DNA from: an uncultured Nitrospiraceae bacterium
GTDB taxonomy: Bacteria; Nitrospirota; Nitrospiria; Nitrospirales; Nitrospiraceae
Direction of reading: 5' to 3'
Length of the DNA: 64,000 nucleotides
Assembly (NCBI GenBank): GCA_963730935.1
Contig: CAVSTP010000001.1
Coordinates: forward strand, 32,001-96,000
Shown: piece by piece, positions 21,570 to 30,869 of the stretch
How the letters are laid out: each line of letters starts with the position of its first letter
How positions within the stretch are numbered: the first letter of the stretch is position 1
Program-made: the position numbers and the translations under genes
The notes under the pieces: generated by a model
Database searches by the model: none
Told to the model about the DNA's origin: nothing
Seen by the model: the letters and a program-made list of their open reading frames with translations, nothing else

Positions 21570-21995
21570 TCATGGCGACCCCAGTTTGCGTTTTTGTGCT
21601 TCCAAATAGTCGCGCGAACTCTGCCACCGCCGTTCCAATCCTTGATACATCCGGTCCAGCTCGGGCTGTTGGGCCGGCGAAAGCTTAGCCTTGAGGTCTG
21701 CCATGCCTCGGGTCAAAATCTGTTCAACTTCGGCCTGGTGCGCGAACCGTAACTCCAGCAGGGCCACATGCGCGCGCGAGACAATGGGCTCGATCTCATC
21801 CTGCTGTTGGGCGGTCAACGACAGGCCTTCCGTGAGCCGTTTCATCATCCGGTCGTGATGGGCAGCCGCGCCATGCTCACCGCGAGAACCGGTTGGCTCA
21901 GCGTACAGGAACATCGAGCCCACAACAGCGCCGCCGAGCGCTCCGGCGCAAAAGAGGACGACGAGACCGCCCCACAATTTCAGTCGAGATGTCAT
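21570..21995 (-). CDS. Membrane-anchored periplasmic helical protein with LTxxQ-like repeats (Spy/heavy-metal-sensor-like)
   Basis: N-terminal TM segment; L.LTAQQQ and LSPAQQ motifs; several His residues. Confidence 0.65.
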   Translation of the reverse strand: MTSRLKLWGGLVVLFCAGALGGAVVGSMFLYAEPTGSRGEHGAAAHHDRMMKRLTEGLSLTAQQQDEIEPIVSRAHVALLELRFAHQAEVEQILTRGMADLKAKLSPAQQPELDRMYQGLERRWQSSRDYLEAQKRKLGSP

Positions 21996-22010
21996 GGTTC
22001 CTCCAATCCG

Positions 22011-22328
22011 TTACTCCCCAAAGAAGGGAACGGACTCCAACTCCTCGGCGACCAAGGCGGGGCTTCCCCCGTTTGGCGGCCGCCACAGCCCGACCGTCAA
22101 CACGGTGGCCGTCAGCACAACGGCCGCGGTGATGGCCGCAGTACGCCAAACGAGCTGATCCAAGACGGCGGCCGGCGTCCACCGGTTGCGCTCCGTCGCT
22201 GACCGCCGGATATCCCGCATGACGTCCTGCGTGACGTCGACCGCGTGCGAGACACGGGATTGCGAACGGTAGCCGTCGATCAAGGCACGCTCAAGCTCGC
22301 TAAGGCTCTTTTCGTCATGGTGCGTCAT
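22011..22328 (-). CDS. Putative single-TM anti-sigma factor
   Basis: Overlaps the ECF sigma 3' end; cytoplasmic T.DVM..I helix followed by one TM segment. Confidence 0.65.
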   Translation of the reverse strand: MTHHDEKSLSELERALIDGYRSQSRVSHAVDVTQDVMRDIRRSATERNRWTPAAVLDQLVWRTAAITAAVVLTATVLTVGLWRPPNGGSPALVAEELESVPFFGE

Positions 22329-22935
22329 GAGCACTCTCCGTAAGTGTGTGGCGTAACAATGCACGCAGAGCCCGTCGCGCCCGATGCGCGCGAACCTTTA
22401 CATTGACCAGACTCCAACCGAGCAATTGCGCCGCCTCTCGTACCGAATAGCCGTCGAGGTGGACCAATGTCAGAACGGCGCGATTTTCTGGAGACAATTG
22501 CCGCAGTGCCCACTCCAGCACCTCTGACGCGTCCTGTTTGGCGGTCTGATCGCGGAACTGGCGATCGGACTGTGAGGACAGCGTCTGTTCGATCCAACGT
22601 TGGTGCTCCTCGCTCAAGGCACTCACCGGCACTTCCTCTCGAGCGCGCTCTCTCCAAAAACCGTAGCAGGTGCGCACGGCGATGCCGGCCAGCCAATGTT
22701 CGAAGGGAACCGAGTCCGAAAACTGCGCCAGATTGACGTAGGCTTTGACGAACACCTCATGGACGAGTTCCCGTACCCGCTCAGCCGGCACGCGCCGGCC
22801 GACGATGCGGCCGACGTGGAGTTGATACCGGTCGATCAGCTCGGCAAACCGCTCGGTCTCGCCCTGTCTGATCCGACGGACAAGCTCGCTCTCCTCGCGC
22901 GAAGACCGTTCAACGGGTAACGAGTCATCGGCCAT
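22315..22935 (-). CDS. ECF RNA polymerase sigma factor
   Basis: Region 2 (ELVHEVFVKAY..L..F...F..WL..IA) and region 4 (L..LSPENRAVL.L....GYS..E.A..LG.S..NVKVRAHRAR). Confidence 0.92.
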   Translation of the reverse strand: MADDSLPVERSSREESELVRRIRQGETERFAELIDRYQLHVGRIVGRRVPAERVRELVHEVFVKAYVNLAQFSDSVPFEHWLAGIAVRTCYGFWRERAREEVPVSALSEEHQRWIEQTLSSQSDRQFRDQTAKQDASEVLEWALRQLSPENRAVLTLVHLDGYSVREAAQLLGWSLVNVKVRAHRARRALRALLRHTLTESAHDAP

Positions 22936-23031
22936 CGACAGATGAATTCCCGGAATGATCCCTCTGACCGTCAGTACCGCAGCGTGGCTCATGATACCAC
23001 CGTGGAAGGGCCGAGCGAATGTGAATCGGGT

Positions 23032-23583
23032 TCAGCTGGCCGACGTCGCCGATGCTGGTTCCTGAAGATCGCTCTGTCGCGAGCGCTCTGGCTGAGCGGG
23101 CGTCCGATCATGATGCCGAGACGCGTGCCGTAGCGTCTTGAGCTTTGCTTGCTGCTCCGGCGTCAGTATGGCCATCAGTTCGCGCTTGGCACGAATGCCG
23201 ATGATCCGAACAGCCGCCTCGAGCGATTCCGCTTCCTTCACCTTCGCCTCGATGGCTGGCATATCGGCCTTGGCGTCCCACACCATCGCGCGAAGTTCCC
23301 GTTCACTGACCAGCCGGTCAGCCGAGGCGCGAATGGCGGAACGGTCAGCATCGAGCGCCACGGACCGTAGCTTGGCGACCTGCTCATCGCTCAGACCGAT
23401 CTCCTGTTGATGGGACAAAAGCCGCCGGAGCATGTGGCCGGTGACTCCAGTCTGTCCGTGTCCATGGTGGAACATTGCATGTCCCTGGCCGCAGCGGAAC
23501 CCGCCGTCGGCCCAGGCGGTCGGAATGGCGAGCAACGCACTGCCGAGGGCAATCGTGAAACCAAGCGCGAGACGTGTGTGCAT
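23032..23583 (-). CDS. Spy/CpxP-family periplasmic protein, His-rich N-terminus
   Basis: SD AAAGGAGG; signal peptide ending AWA; HAMFHHGHG; IGLSDEQ and ILTPEQ motifs. Confidence 0.8.
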   Translation of the reverse strand: MHTRLALGFTIALGSALLAIPTAWADGGFRCGQGHAMFHHGHGQTGVTGHMLRRLLSHQQEIGLSDEQVAKLRSVALDADRSAIRASADRLVSERELRAMVWDAKADMPAIEAKVKEAESLEAAVRIIGIRAKRELMAILTPEQQAKLKTLRHASRHHDRTPAQPERSRQSDLQEPASATSAS

Positions 23584-23633
23584 GGAGGCCTCCTTTAACA
23601 TGGTTCGAAATGCCTGTCTTCTCCTCTGCTTAC

Positions 23634-23661
23634 TAGTCGCGAGGAGTCGAAAAAGGTTACA
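23634..23661 (-). promoter_or_regulatory. Putative ECF sigma promoter TGTAAC-N16-CGACTA
   Basis: AAC-type -35 and CGA-type -10 with a 16-nt spacer, ~50 nt upstream of the Spy-ECF operon. Confidence 0.6.
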
Positions 23662-23755
23662 GACAGCTGAAGTCATTGGAATTATTCAGGAATGATGGAG
23701 GGCCGCCCCTTGGGCAGGGTGATACTCTTAAAGCCGGAGCGCACAAGCTGGAGGG

Positions 23756-24340
23756 TTACTGTGTTTGGAATTCTCCGTGAAGCCCATCGGGGATCGACGG
23801 CACGTAGGCCGGATCGATCGAAGCTTCCCAGGTGTCCTCGTTCTTGCCTGAGTAGTCCCACCCGCGCGCATACATCAACAATAGAATCGGTTCCTGATTC
23901 GTCGTGCCGATGACGCGTCCCACTACCGTCATGCGGGCCCATTGTCGATACTGGGGTGGGAGTTGCTCACGGTTTGCGACGGTCACCCAGAAGTGTCCGG
24001 CTTCGGGTCCATCGAGCGAAATAGGACGATGAGGATGATACTTGGGATCGAGCGGCCGATTCTTCAGGTGGAGCCACACCTGACCGCCTTCTTCCCGCTC
24101 CTTCACGAGGACTCCGCCGAGGATCACCACCTTGTCGCGATATTGCTGAGGGGAAGCGGTCAGCGACGTGAGGGTGACTCCCTGTTCGGCCTGCTCGACA
24201 TATTTGGTGGGGAGCGTGTGACATGCGGTGAGGACGAGCGCAAGCACGATCGATGAAATGCTGTGGGCCCAGCGCTGTTGGCTGCTCGGCGTCTCGCTGA
24301 TAGATAGGGCGTCATCCAGCGGTATCACAGAGGCCTCCAT
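23756..24340 (-). CDS. Slp-family outer membrane lipoprotein
   Basis: Lipobox LTAC; P..Y....VILGG, L..RPLD....P, G.F and TVVGRV.G motifs. Confidence 0.75.
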   Translation of the reverse strand: MEASVIPLDDALSISETPSSQQRWAHSISSIVLALVLTACHTLPTKYVEQAEQGVTLTSLTASPQQYRDKVVILGGVLVKEREEGGQVWLHLKNRPLDPKYHPHRPISLDGPEAGHFWVTVANREQLPPQYRQWARMTVVGRVIGTTNQEPILLLMYARGWDYSGKNEDTWEASIDPAYVPSIPDGLHGEFQTQ

Positions 24341-24362
24341 ATGTTAGACCAGAAGCACAGCG

Positions 24363-25004
24363 TCATGGACGGGATGATCTCGGTGTTCGAACGAGTTCGA
24401 CTGCCGCAATGTCCTTGGCAACGTCGACGAGGACGGCCCGCAACGCCTCAGTGAGCCCACGGGCCAGCGCATCGGACGACCGATCGCTGAGCGCCACATC
24501 CTGATGGTAGGTTCGCCGGAAGAACGACTGGCGTTCATGGATCGCGTCGAGCAGATGTAGCTCAAGTCCGAGCACCGCCCGGGGAGCCGCACGAAAGTCT
24601 CCGTAGAACTCGGTGACCGTGCCTTCCAAGAGATGCGTCGGCTCTACGTGGTTCGTGCCCACGACTACCATTTGGAAGCCTGCCGATCGGGAGAGCCACT
24701 GGTGAACTTGCTGCGTCACCAACGTCCCTGGAGCGACGAACCACTCGTCGTAAAAGTCGCTCTCGTACTGAAGATCGGCGACGCGATACACCATGGCGCG
24801 CCCCGAAAAAAGAGGAGAGACACGGAGCTTGTTGATTTTCAATACGATGGCGCCGTTAGCTGGGGTGTCCTGCGGCGGTGCGCCCACGTCGATGACAAAC
24901 GAGCGCTTTTCCGGATAGCTCTTTTTGAGGTCGAGACAGCCGATTGAAGACATCATGATGATGGCCAAGCACGTGCATGCTGCCGTCTTAGACCATGCCA
25001 TCAT
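24363..25004 (-). CDS. ABC-transport auxiliary lipoprotein (PqiC-like)
   Basis: Lipobox SIGC; MVYR, Y.EW...PG and LEG.V.EFYGD motifs; follows mlaD. Confidence 0.8.
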   Translation of the reverse strand: MMAWSKTAACTCLAIIMMSSIGCLDLKKSYPEKRSFVIDVGAPPQDTPANGAIVLKINKLRVSPLFSGRAMVYRVADLQYESDFYDEWFVAPGTLVTQQVHQWLSRSAGFQMVVVGTNHVEPTHLLEGTVTEFYGDFRAAPRAVLGLELHLLDAIHERQSFFRRTYHQDVALSDRSSDALARGLTEALRAVLVDVAKDIAAVELVRTPRSSRP

Positions 25005-26038
25005 CGCTTCACCGCTTGCGAATGCGAGGGCGGCTCGCCGAACAGCACTTGGGAAGGATAGTGCTCGACGGTTTTCGTGAGATAGTTCAACTCCTCTGAG
25101 ACCGAGCGCAGATTCTCCAGTACATCCTCGATGGTTTCACCCTTCGCGGCCAACAAGGCATCGATACGGCGCAAGCTGGCGTTCAGGCGAGCGGTGATCT
25201 CAGGCAGTTGCGTCATCGCGTGACGCATGTCTTTCGCCGTGTAGCTCAGATCCGACGCCGTACGGCGGAAATCTGCCATCGCGGCGGACGAATCTTTCAG
25301 CGCCTTACTGAGATCCGGGCTGCCCAACACTCGCCTCGCGTCCTCCACAGAACCGCGCAGTTCCCCCACGACGCGTTTGATTTCCATGCCGAGCTGCTCT
25401 CCCTGGACATCGTTGACCAAACGGGTCACGGAGGTGATCATGGTGTCCAGATTTTTTGCCATCTTCTCGATATCCACTTGCTCCAACTTTCTGGTGATCG
25501 ACCGCAAATCTTCACCCAGCTCCGAAATCGTGCTCGGCGCCGAGGGAATATAAGGGGTTTTCGGCGTCCAGACGATCCGGATCGGCGGATACCGTTCGGG
25601 GTCAAGAAACTCCGACTCGATATAGAGCACTCCGGTGATCCCCTGTGAGGCCAGGCGGAACCGAAACCCGGCATCGACGGCCTTCTTCATGAGCTCGGCT
25701 TCATCTTCTTCCCTAATATGCGCCGCGACGCTGGGACGGACCGACATCCGCACGAGGACCAGTCCTCGGTAGGGGAACGAGTCGGTCTTGGGATCGAAAA
25801 AGACGCCGTACTCCTCTCTGGCCAATCGTATGGATTCGACCCGACCGACGCGAACACCGCGGAGCCTGACGGGCGCGCCGACCTCGAGCCCCTGGACCGA
25901 TTCAAAGAAATAGGTCTCCACCATTGCGGAACGTTCGAACCATTTGCCTGCCCCTAGGACGATGATGCCGATCACGGCGAGCGCGGTTGCGCCGACGACA
26001 AAGAGGCCGATCTTGAAGTAGTGTGCCTGCTGACTCAT
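25001..26038 (-). CDS. mlaD: MCE/MlaD-domain protein with long helical tail
   Basis: KIGLFV, F.ESVQGL.VGAPV.LRGV.VG.V, L.SQGITG..YI and YIPSAPS motifs. Confidence 0.85.
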   Translation of the reverse strand: MSQQAHYFKIGLFVVGATALAVIGIIVLGAGKWFERSAMVETYFFESVQGLEVGAPVRLRGVRVGRVESIRLAREEYGVFFDPKTDSFPYRGLVLVRMSVRPSVAAHIREEDEAELMKKAVDAGFRFRLASQGITGVLYIESEFLDPERYPPIRIVWTPKTPYIPSAPSTISELGEDLRSITRKLEQVDIEKMAKNLDTMITSVTRLVNDVQGEQLGMEIKRVVGELRGSVEDARRVLGSPDLSKALKDSSAAMADFRRTASDLSYTAKDMRHAMTQLPEITARLNASLRRIDALLAAKGETIEDVLENLRSVSEELNYLTKTVEHYPSQVLFGEPPSHSQAVKR

Positions 26039-26059
26039 GACGTGGTCCGAGGTCCGACC

Positions 26060-26839
26060 TTATCCCACCGCCTCCACTTGCCGATTGAAAAATTGCCGCA
26101 CCCAGGGGTTCTCGGAATGGTCCCGCAGCTCTTGCGGACGTCCTTCCGCAATGATGCCTTGTGTCCGTTTGTCGAGCATGATCACCCGGTCGGCAATCGT
26201 CTCGATGCTGGGGAGTTCATGAGTGACGACGACGAACGTGATTTTGAGATGGGTCGCTAGACTAATGATCAGCTGATCGAGTTCGGCCGAGGTGATCGGA
26301 TCGAGGCCGGCAGATGGCTCGTCCAAAAACAAGATGGGAGGGTCAAGTGCCATGGCCCGAGCGATGGCGGCCCGTTTTCTCATGCCTCCGCTGATCTCGT
26401 CCGGCAGCTTATAAGCCGCAGGACCCAGCCCGACCAATTGCAGTTTCATGAGCGCAATCCGATCAATGGCATCTCCTGGGAGATCCGTGTATTCCTCCAG
26501 AGGCAGCCGGACATTTTCTAGTAACGTCATCGATCCGAACAGGGCTCCCTGCTGGTACATCACCCCGATTCTGGCCAGAATGTCCAGTCGTTGTTGGCCT
26601 TGGGCGGTCACAATGTCCTTGCCCTCAATGTGGATCGACCCCTTCAGCGGCTGATAGAGTCCGATCATGTGTTTGAGCAGCGTGCTCTTCCCGGACCCTG
26701 ATCCCCCCAAAATCACGAACACCTTACCTGGGTAAATGTCGAATGAGAGATCGCGCAACAGCACCTGGCCGTCATATCCTGCTGTGAAATGTCTGACGGC
26801 GATGATTGGGGTCTCTTGGCTCAGCGATCGATAGATCAT
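26060..26839 (-). CDS. mlaF: MlaF-type ABC ATPase
   Basis: GGSGSGKS, QQGALF.SMT, ISGGMRKR, LDEPSAGLDP and VTHE motifs. Confidence 0.9.
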   Translation of the reverse strand: MIYRSLSQETPIIAVRHFTAGYDGQVLLRDLSFDIYPGKVFVILGGSGSGKSTLLKHMIGLYQPLKGSIHIEGKDIVTAQGQQRLDILARIGVMYQQGALFGSMTLLENVRLPLEEYTDLPGDAIDRIALMKLQLVGLGPAAYKLPDEISGGMRKRAAIARAMALDPPILFLDEPSAGLDPITSAELDQLIISLATHLKITFVVVTHELPSIETIADRVIMLDKRTQGIIAEGRPQELRDHSENPWVRQFFNRQVEAVG

Positions 26840-26840
26840 T

Positions 26841-27962
26841 TCAGATGCCCAGGCAATAAAAAATGACAGCGAATATTCCGTCGACAATGGTGATCAGCAC
26901 CAAACCGCTCACGACGGCGCGCGTGGTGGATTCGCCGACCGCGCCAGCGCCGCTTTTCGTCTGAAGTCCCCGCAGGCACCCGATCGCGGCCACGACAATG
27001 CCGAACACAAACGACTTGCCAAGCCCCCCGATCAGGTCACTGACGGTTACGGCGCTCTTGACCTGGATGATATAGGTGACGAGCGGAAAGCCCAGTGAGA
27101 GCATGACGACCGCTCCGCCGATGAGGCCGAGCAGCCCGGCGAACACGGACAGCAGCGGCGTCATGGCGACTGCTGCGATCACCCGTGGAACGACCAGGAA
27201 GCGGACCGGCTCCAAACCCATAGTGGTCAGGGCATCGATTTCTTCGCTGACTTTCATTGTGCCGAGCTCGGCAGCAAACGCAGAGCCGGATCGACCGGCC
27301 AGGATGATGGCCGTCAGCAAGGGACCCAATTCACGCAACATGGAGAGGCCGATCAGGTTGGCGACGTAGATGTCTGCGCCGAACTGCCGCATAGGAATCG
27401 CCGATTGAAAGGCCATGATGAGGCCCAGCAGAAATCCGAGCAGCATGATGATGGGCAGCGCGTTCACGCCAGCCAATTCGGCTGTGAGGAGTGCGTCCTT
27501 CCACCGCACGAGGCGGGGGCGACGAGCCGCACTGGCCAAGGCTGCAGAGAGTTGCCCGACGAATGAGATCAGGACGACGACGTCGCGCCAGACCGCCACC
27601 GTGGCGCGGCCGATTTGTTCGACGGGTGAATCGGCCGGTGCAAGTGGTTCGGGTCGCTGCGCATCCCACCGACCATACAAGTCCAACAAGGCCTGATAGG
27701 CCGGATCCAGCGACTGAATTTCATACGGCTGCCGTCGGCTCTCTTGGCGGCGGCGCAATTCCAGAAGCAGCGCTGCTCCTGCTCCGTCGCAATAGGTGAG
27801 GTGGGAGGCATCCACGATCAGCCGTTTCGGCTGGTGCTCAGTGATCAACTGAAGAGCGCGGCGCCAGGCTTGACCGGTGCTGGTGGTATCGAGCGCGCCG
27901 TTGATCGACAAGATCAGCGCTCCATCGGAGGAGTGATGCCCCTCAAGGACGCCCTGGGCCAT
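26841..27962 (-). CDS. mlaE: MlaE-type permease with N-terminal STAS domain
   Basis: STAS segment (L.I.G.LD...VDASHLTYCDGAG) plus RELGPLLTAIILAGRSGSAFAAELGTM...EEIDAL and VG.STTRAVV. Confidence 0.9.
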   Translation of the reverse strand: MAQGVLEGHHSSDGALILSINGALDTTSTGQAWRRALQLITEHQPKRLIVDASHLTYCDGAGAALLLELRRRQESRRQPYEIQSLDPAYQALLDLYGRWDAQRPEPLAPADSPVEQIGRATVAVWRDVVVLISFVGQLSAALASAARRPRLVRWKDALLTAELAGVNALPIIMLLGFLLGLIMAFQSAIPMRQFGADIYVANLIGLSMLRELGPLLTAIILAGRSGSAFAAELGTMKVSEEIDALTTMGLEPVRFLVVPRVIAAVAMTPLLSVFAGLLGLIGGAVVMLSLGFPLVTYIIQVKSAVTVSDLIGGLGKSFVFGIVVAAIGCLRGLQTKSGAGAVGESTTRAVVSGLVLITIVDGIFAVIFYCLGI

Positions 27963-28224
27963 CAAACGAACCTCCATCGATTGGCCGATCTCCTAACTCG
28001 GAAGGGGTGAAATTGTATGAGATAATTGGTTGATGATTCAACCGGAAGTCATCAGGGTACTTCCATAAGATGAAAGACGGATGAGGGGCGGTAAGACGTC
28101 GCTTTCTTGCGGTTCTGTCGCATGCAGCTTGATCGGCCTTGCCGTCCAATGGCAGATTACCGCTCGGTGCCCGTATCGGCTGCTGTTCGAGTCAACGTGA
28201 ACCGTTAGCGTGGAGAGCACGACA

Positions 28225-28956
28225 ATGAATGACAGGCCTCTCGGACGACTGCTTTCGCGTCGTGAAGCCATGCGGTGGCTTGGTGGCGGCGCGGCCTGGT
28301 TGATCACCGGCACCATGCTGGCTCGTGGGAGTGCGGCCAGCGGAGAGAGTCCTGTCTGTCTCTTCCGCCCAGAGCAGACGGAAGGGCCCTATTTTGTCGA
28401 TGAGGAATTGCGTCGATCCGATATTCGCTCAGATCCGACCACTGGCGAAGTCAAACCCGGAGTACCGTTGGCGTTGACGGTAGCACTCTCCCGTGCCGAT
28501 CATGGGCGTTGCCAGCCGCTTCCTGGTGCGCAGGTCGACATCTGGCACTGCGATGCGCTTGGTATCTATTCAGACGTGAAGGATCCCCAATTCGACACGA
28601 CCGGCAGGAAGTTTTTACGCGGCTATCAACTCACCGACGCACAGGGTGAAGTGAAGTTTCTCACGATCTACCCGGGTTGGTATTACGGCCGGACCGTGCA
28701 CATTCACATCAAAGTCCGTGCGGTAGCCGGCGCCAAGCGGACGTTTGAGTTTACCTCGCAGATGTATTTCGAGGACAATCTTTCGGACCGCATCCATGCC
28801 GCCACTCCTTACGCGACAAAGGGAAAACGTACCGCCCGCAATCAAGATGATCGGATCTTCCGGCGCGGCGGCGAACACCTCGTGCTGGCGCCGAGGCAAA
28901 CGGCCGATGGCTATGCGGCGACCTTTGCTGCGAGCCTGCAGCTTGCTCCGGGCTAA
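28225..28956 (+). CDS. Tat-exported intradiol ring-cleavage dioxygenase-family protein
   Basis: LSRRE Tat motif; EGPYF, WHCDA.G.YS, FLRG.Q.TD and YPGWY.GRT.HIH (Tyr/Tyr/His/His Fe ligands). Confidence 0.85.
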   Translation: MNDRPLGRLLSRREAMRWLGGGAAWLITGTMLARGSAASGESPVCLFRPEQTEGPYFVDEELRRSDIRSDPTTGEVKPGVPLALTVALSRADHGRCQPLPGAQVDIWHCDALGIYSDVKDPQFDTTGRKFLRGYQLTDAQGEVKFLTIYPGWYYGRTVHIHIKVRAVAGAKRTFEFTSQMYFEDNLSDRIHAATPYATKGKRTARNQDDRIFRRGGEHLVLAPRQTADGYAATFAASLQLAPG

Positions 28957-29031
28957 CCGGACCCCATTCCTCATCGCCTCTTGAAGCATCAAGGGCAGAG
29001 GCATACAGTGTATCCCCCGGGAGGGAGCCGC

Positions 29032-29619
29032 GTGCGGGCGATTCTCCTCATCCTGCTGCCCTGTCTATTGACGAGTTGTCTTTCTGCGACACGCGAACGA
29101 GAGGCCAATTGCCTCGCCGCCACCATCATGGATGTGTGGCAAACGGAACATGAGCTGACGTCAACCGAACAGGTCTGGCGCAAGGCTCAACAAACCCGTT
29201 CCGAACGAACAGCGCAGAGTCGCGGTTCCTCAGGGCTATCCGTTCGGGTCGCCGATGCTCCTTCCATCATCGGAGAAACTGCTGCTCGGTTCGAGAGCTT
29301 CGGGTTTCCCGCGTCGAGAAGCCAGGAGGACGCAAGGCTCTATCAGCGCATGATTGATGCCCGTGTCAGCCATGGGCAGGCGTCGAAATGGTACGGTCTT
29401 GTCGCACGCCGGGTGCAGACCAGAATCGAAGAAGATGAGATGCTGTATCCGGTGCTAGGGATGCTGGCGACTTCGACGGCGATCGTGCTGTATCCATTGG
29501 TCCGATGGAACGTGCGCTCTGTGCTGTGGGACGGGACCGACCCGGATGCCGACGATGATCCTGTACAACGCTTTTGCTCGACCCGATTGGGACAAGAAGA
29601 TAGAAATCCGCACCCTTAA
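29032..29619 (+). CDS. Hypothetical lipoprotein with C-terminal hydrophobic segment
   Basis: SD GGAGGGAG, GTG start, lipobox LTSC. Confidence 0.6.
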   Translation: MRAILLILLPCLLTSCLSATREREANCLAATIMDVWQTEHELTSTEQVWRKAQQTRSERTAQSRGSSGLSVRVADAPSIIGETAARFESFGFPASRSQEDARLYQRMIDARVSHGQASKWYGLVARRVQTRIEEDEMLYPVLGMLATSTAIVLYPLVRWNVRSVLWDGTDPDADDDPVQRFCSTRLGQEDRNPHP

Positions 29620-29757
29620 CGCAGCATCCCTCGTCGCCTCACCATGCTCCCCGCTGAAGCAAATCGGCTTTTTGTTGACGACGCGACGATTTGATTTTCA
29701 AATAAAGGGATCCGACCGGCGTCTTGCCGTTCGTACGAGTGCAAGGAGGAGGGTCCC

Positions 29758-30266
29758 ATGAACCGATTTCATCGTTCTGCCACGATCCTGTGTGCGATCT
29801 GGCTTTCCGGGTGCATCTCGCATCCGCAGAGTCCAGAAGACTTTCGCAAGGCTGTCCCTACGGCATTTTCAGCCAAGGTAGAAACTTTCGAAGTCGATCG
29901 TCCATTCAGTCAGGTGGCCAACACCTTTCAAAAGATGGGACCGAATTGCTTGTCAAAAACGGTCAAGACGACGTCTCAAACCAGGACGAGTTATCAGGTC
30001 ATCGTGACCACCTACAAGCCAACTGTGCTGTGACCCCCAAAAAGGCAGAGTTGCATGTGCAGTTTCACCATGATCAAGGCGTCATCGGTGTCGGAAAGGA
30101 GCCTGAGGGCGGATATTACCTTCTCGTTGCCGATGCCAGCCCAGTGGGTCAAACAAGGACTCGTATCGATCTGTATCGTCCCTCAATGGGACACGGCGTA
30201 TTGATTCAGGCTGTCAGGAACTGGGCGACAGGGGAGAATGTTGGATGCCCGGATCTCACGAAATAA
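29758..30266 (+). pseudogene. Frameshifted hypothetical lipoprotein
   Basis: SD AGGAGG; lipobox LSGC. Frame stops at 30031-30033 (CTG TGA); inserting one base gives ...TYKPTVLVTPKKAELHVQ...GCPDLTK to 30266. Confidence 0.7.
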
Positions 30267-30293
30267 TTCATTTTGCCGAGAACGACTCGTCCG

Positions 30294-30773
30294 ATGAAGC
30301 AACTCTCCACGAAAGATTCGATCATCCTGGCAGTTCTGTTGGCCGCGACCTTCCTGGCCGGCTGCTCCGGACTGAAACCCTACAAGAATACGCCGGACAA
30401 CAATCTCCACGTACATACCGCGGCAGATTCGGACTCGTGGTTTTCAAGCGTACGCGCCGCCATCGATATTCATCGTTTGACGGCAGACTGCGGGACGGAG
30501 TACGAAGGCACTGTTCAGTTGAATCGACCCACCATCGATGTCGGAATAACGCCGAAGAGGTGGAGTCGATTGGTGTTTGTCTTTGCCAGCTCCTCGTTCT
30601 TGGCCAATCGGAGCGGCTCCATCACCTATGAGACTCTCTTGAAACCCCGATCCGGATATCAGTATGAAATCAAAGCGACCTACAGGGATGACATATACAA
30701 TGTCATAGTTCGGGAAACTCATCCGAGCAGCTCCGTCACCTCTGAGGTTGAGCACACGGATTTACGTGCCTGA
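30294..30773 (+). CDS. Hypothetical lipoprotein
   Basis: Lipobox LAGC after a hydrophobic stretch; directly follows the frameshifted lipoprotein. Confidence 0.7.
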   Translation: MKQLSTKDSIILAVLLAATFLAGCSGLKPYKNTPDNNLHVHTAADSDSWFSSVRAAIDIHRLTADCGTEYEGTVQLNRPTIDVGITPKRWSRLVFVFASSSFLANRSGSITYETLLKPRSGYQYEIKATYRDDIYNVIVRETHPSSSVTSEVEHTDLRA

Positions 30774-30869
30774 CATGCGAAATTCCCGAACGATCGCGAG
30801 AGTCTCCTCCAATAATTCCCCCCGTTGACACCCTTCCCTCTGCCACGTAGCCTGCCAGGAGTGCACGCA

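Noticed and set aside
20577..21752. Long antisense ORFs (also 39202-40569, 43117-44508, 54776-55942, 63128-63982)
   Set aside because: Shadow frames opposite well-supported genes, expected in GC-rich DNA with biased codon usage.
28030..28041. FNR-like box TTGA...TCAA
   Set aside because: Spacer is 4 nt rather than the 6 nt of TTGAT-N4-ATCAA; kept only as a generic inverted repeat.
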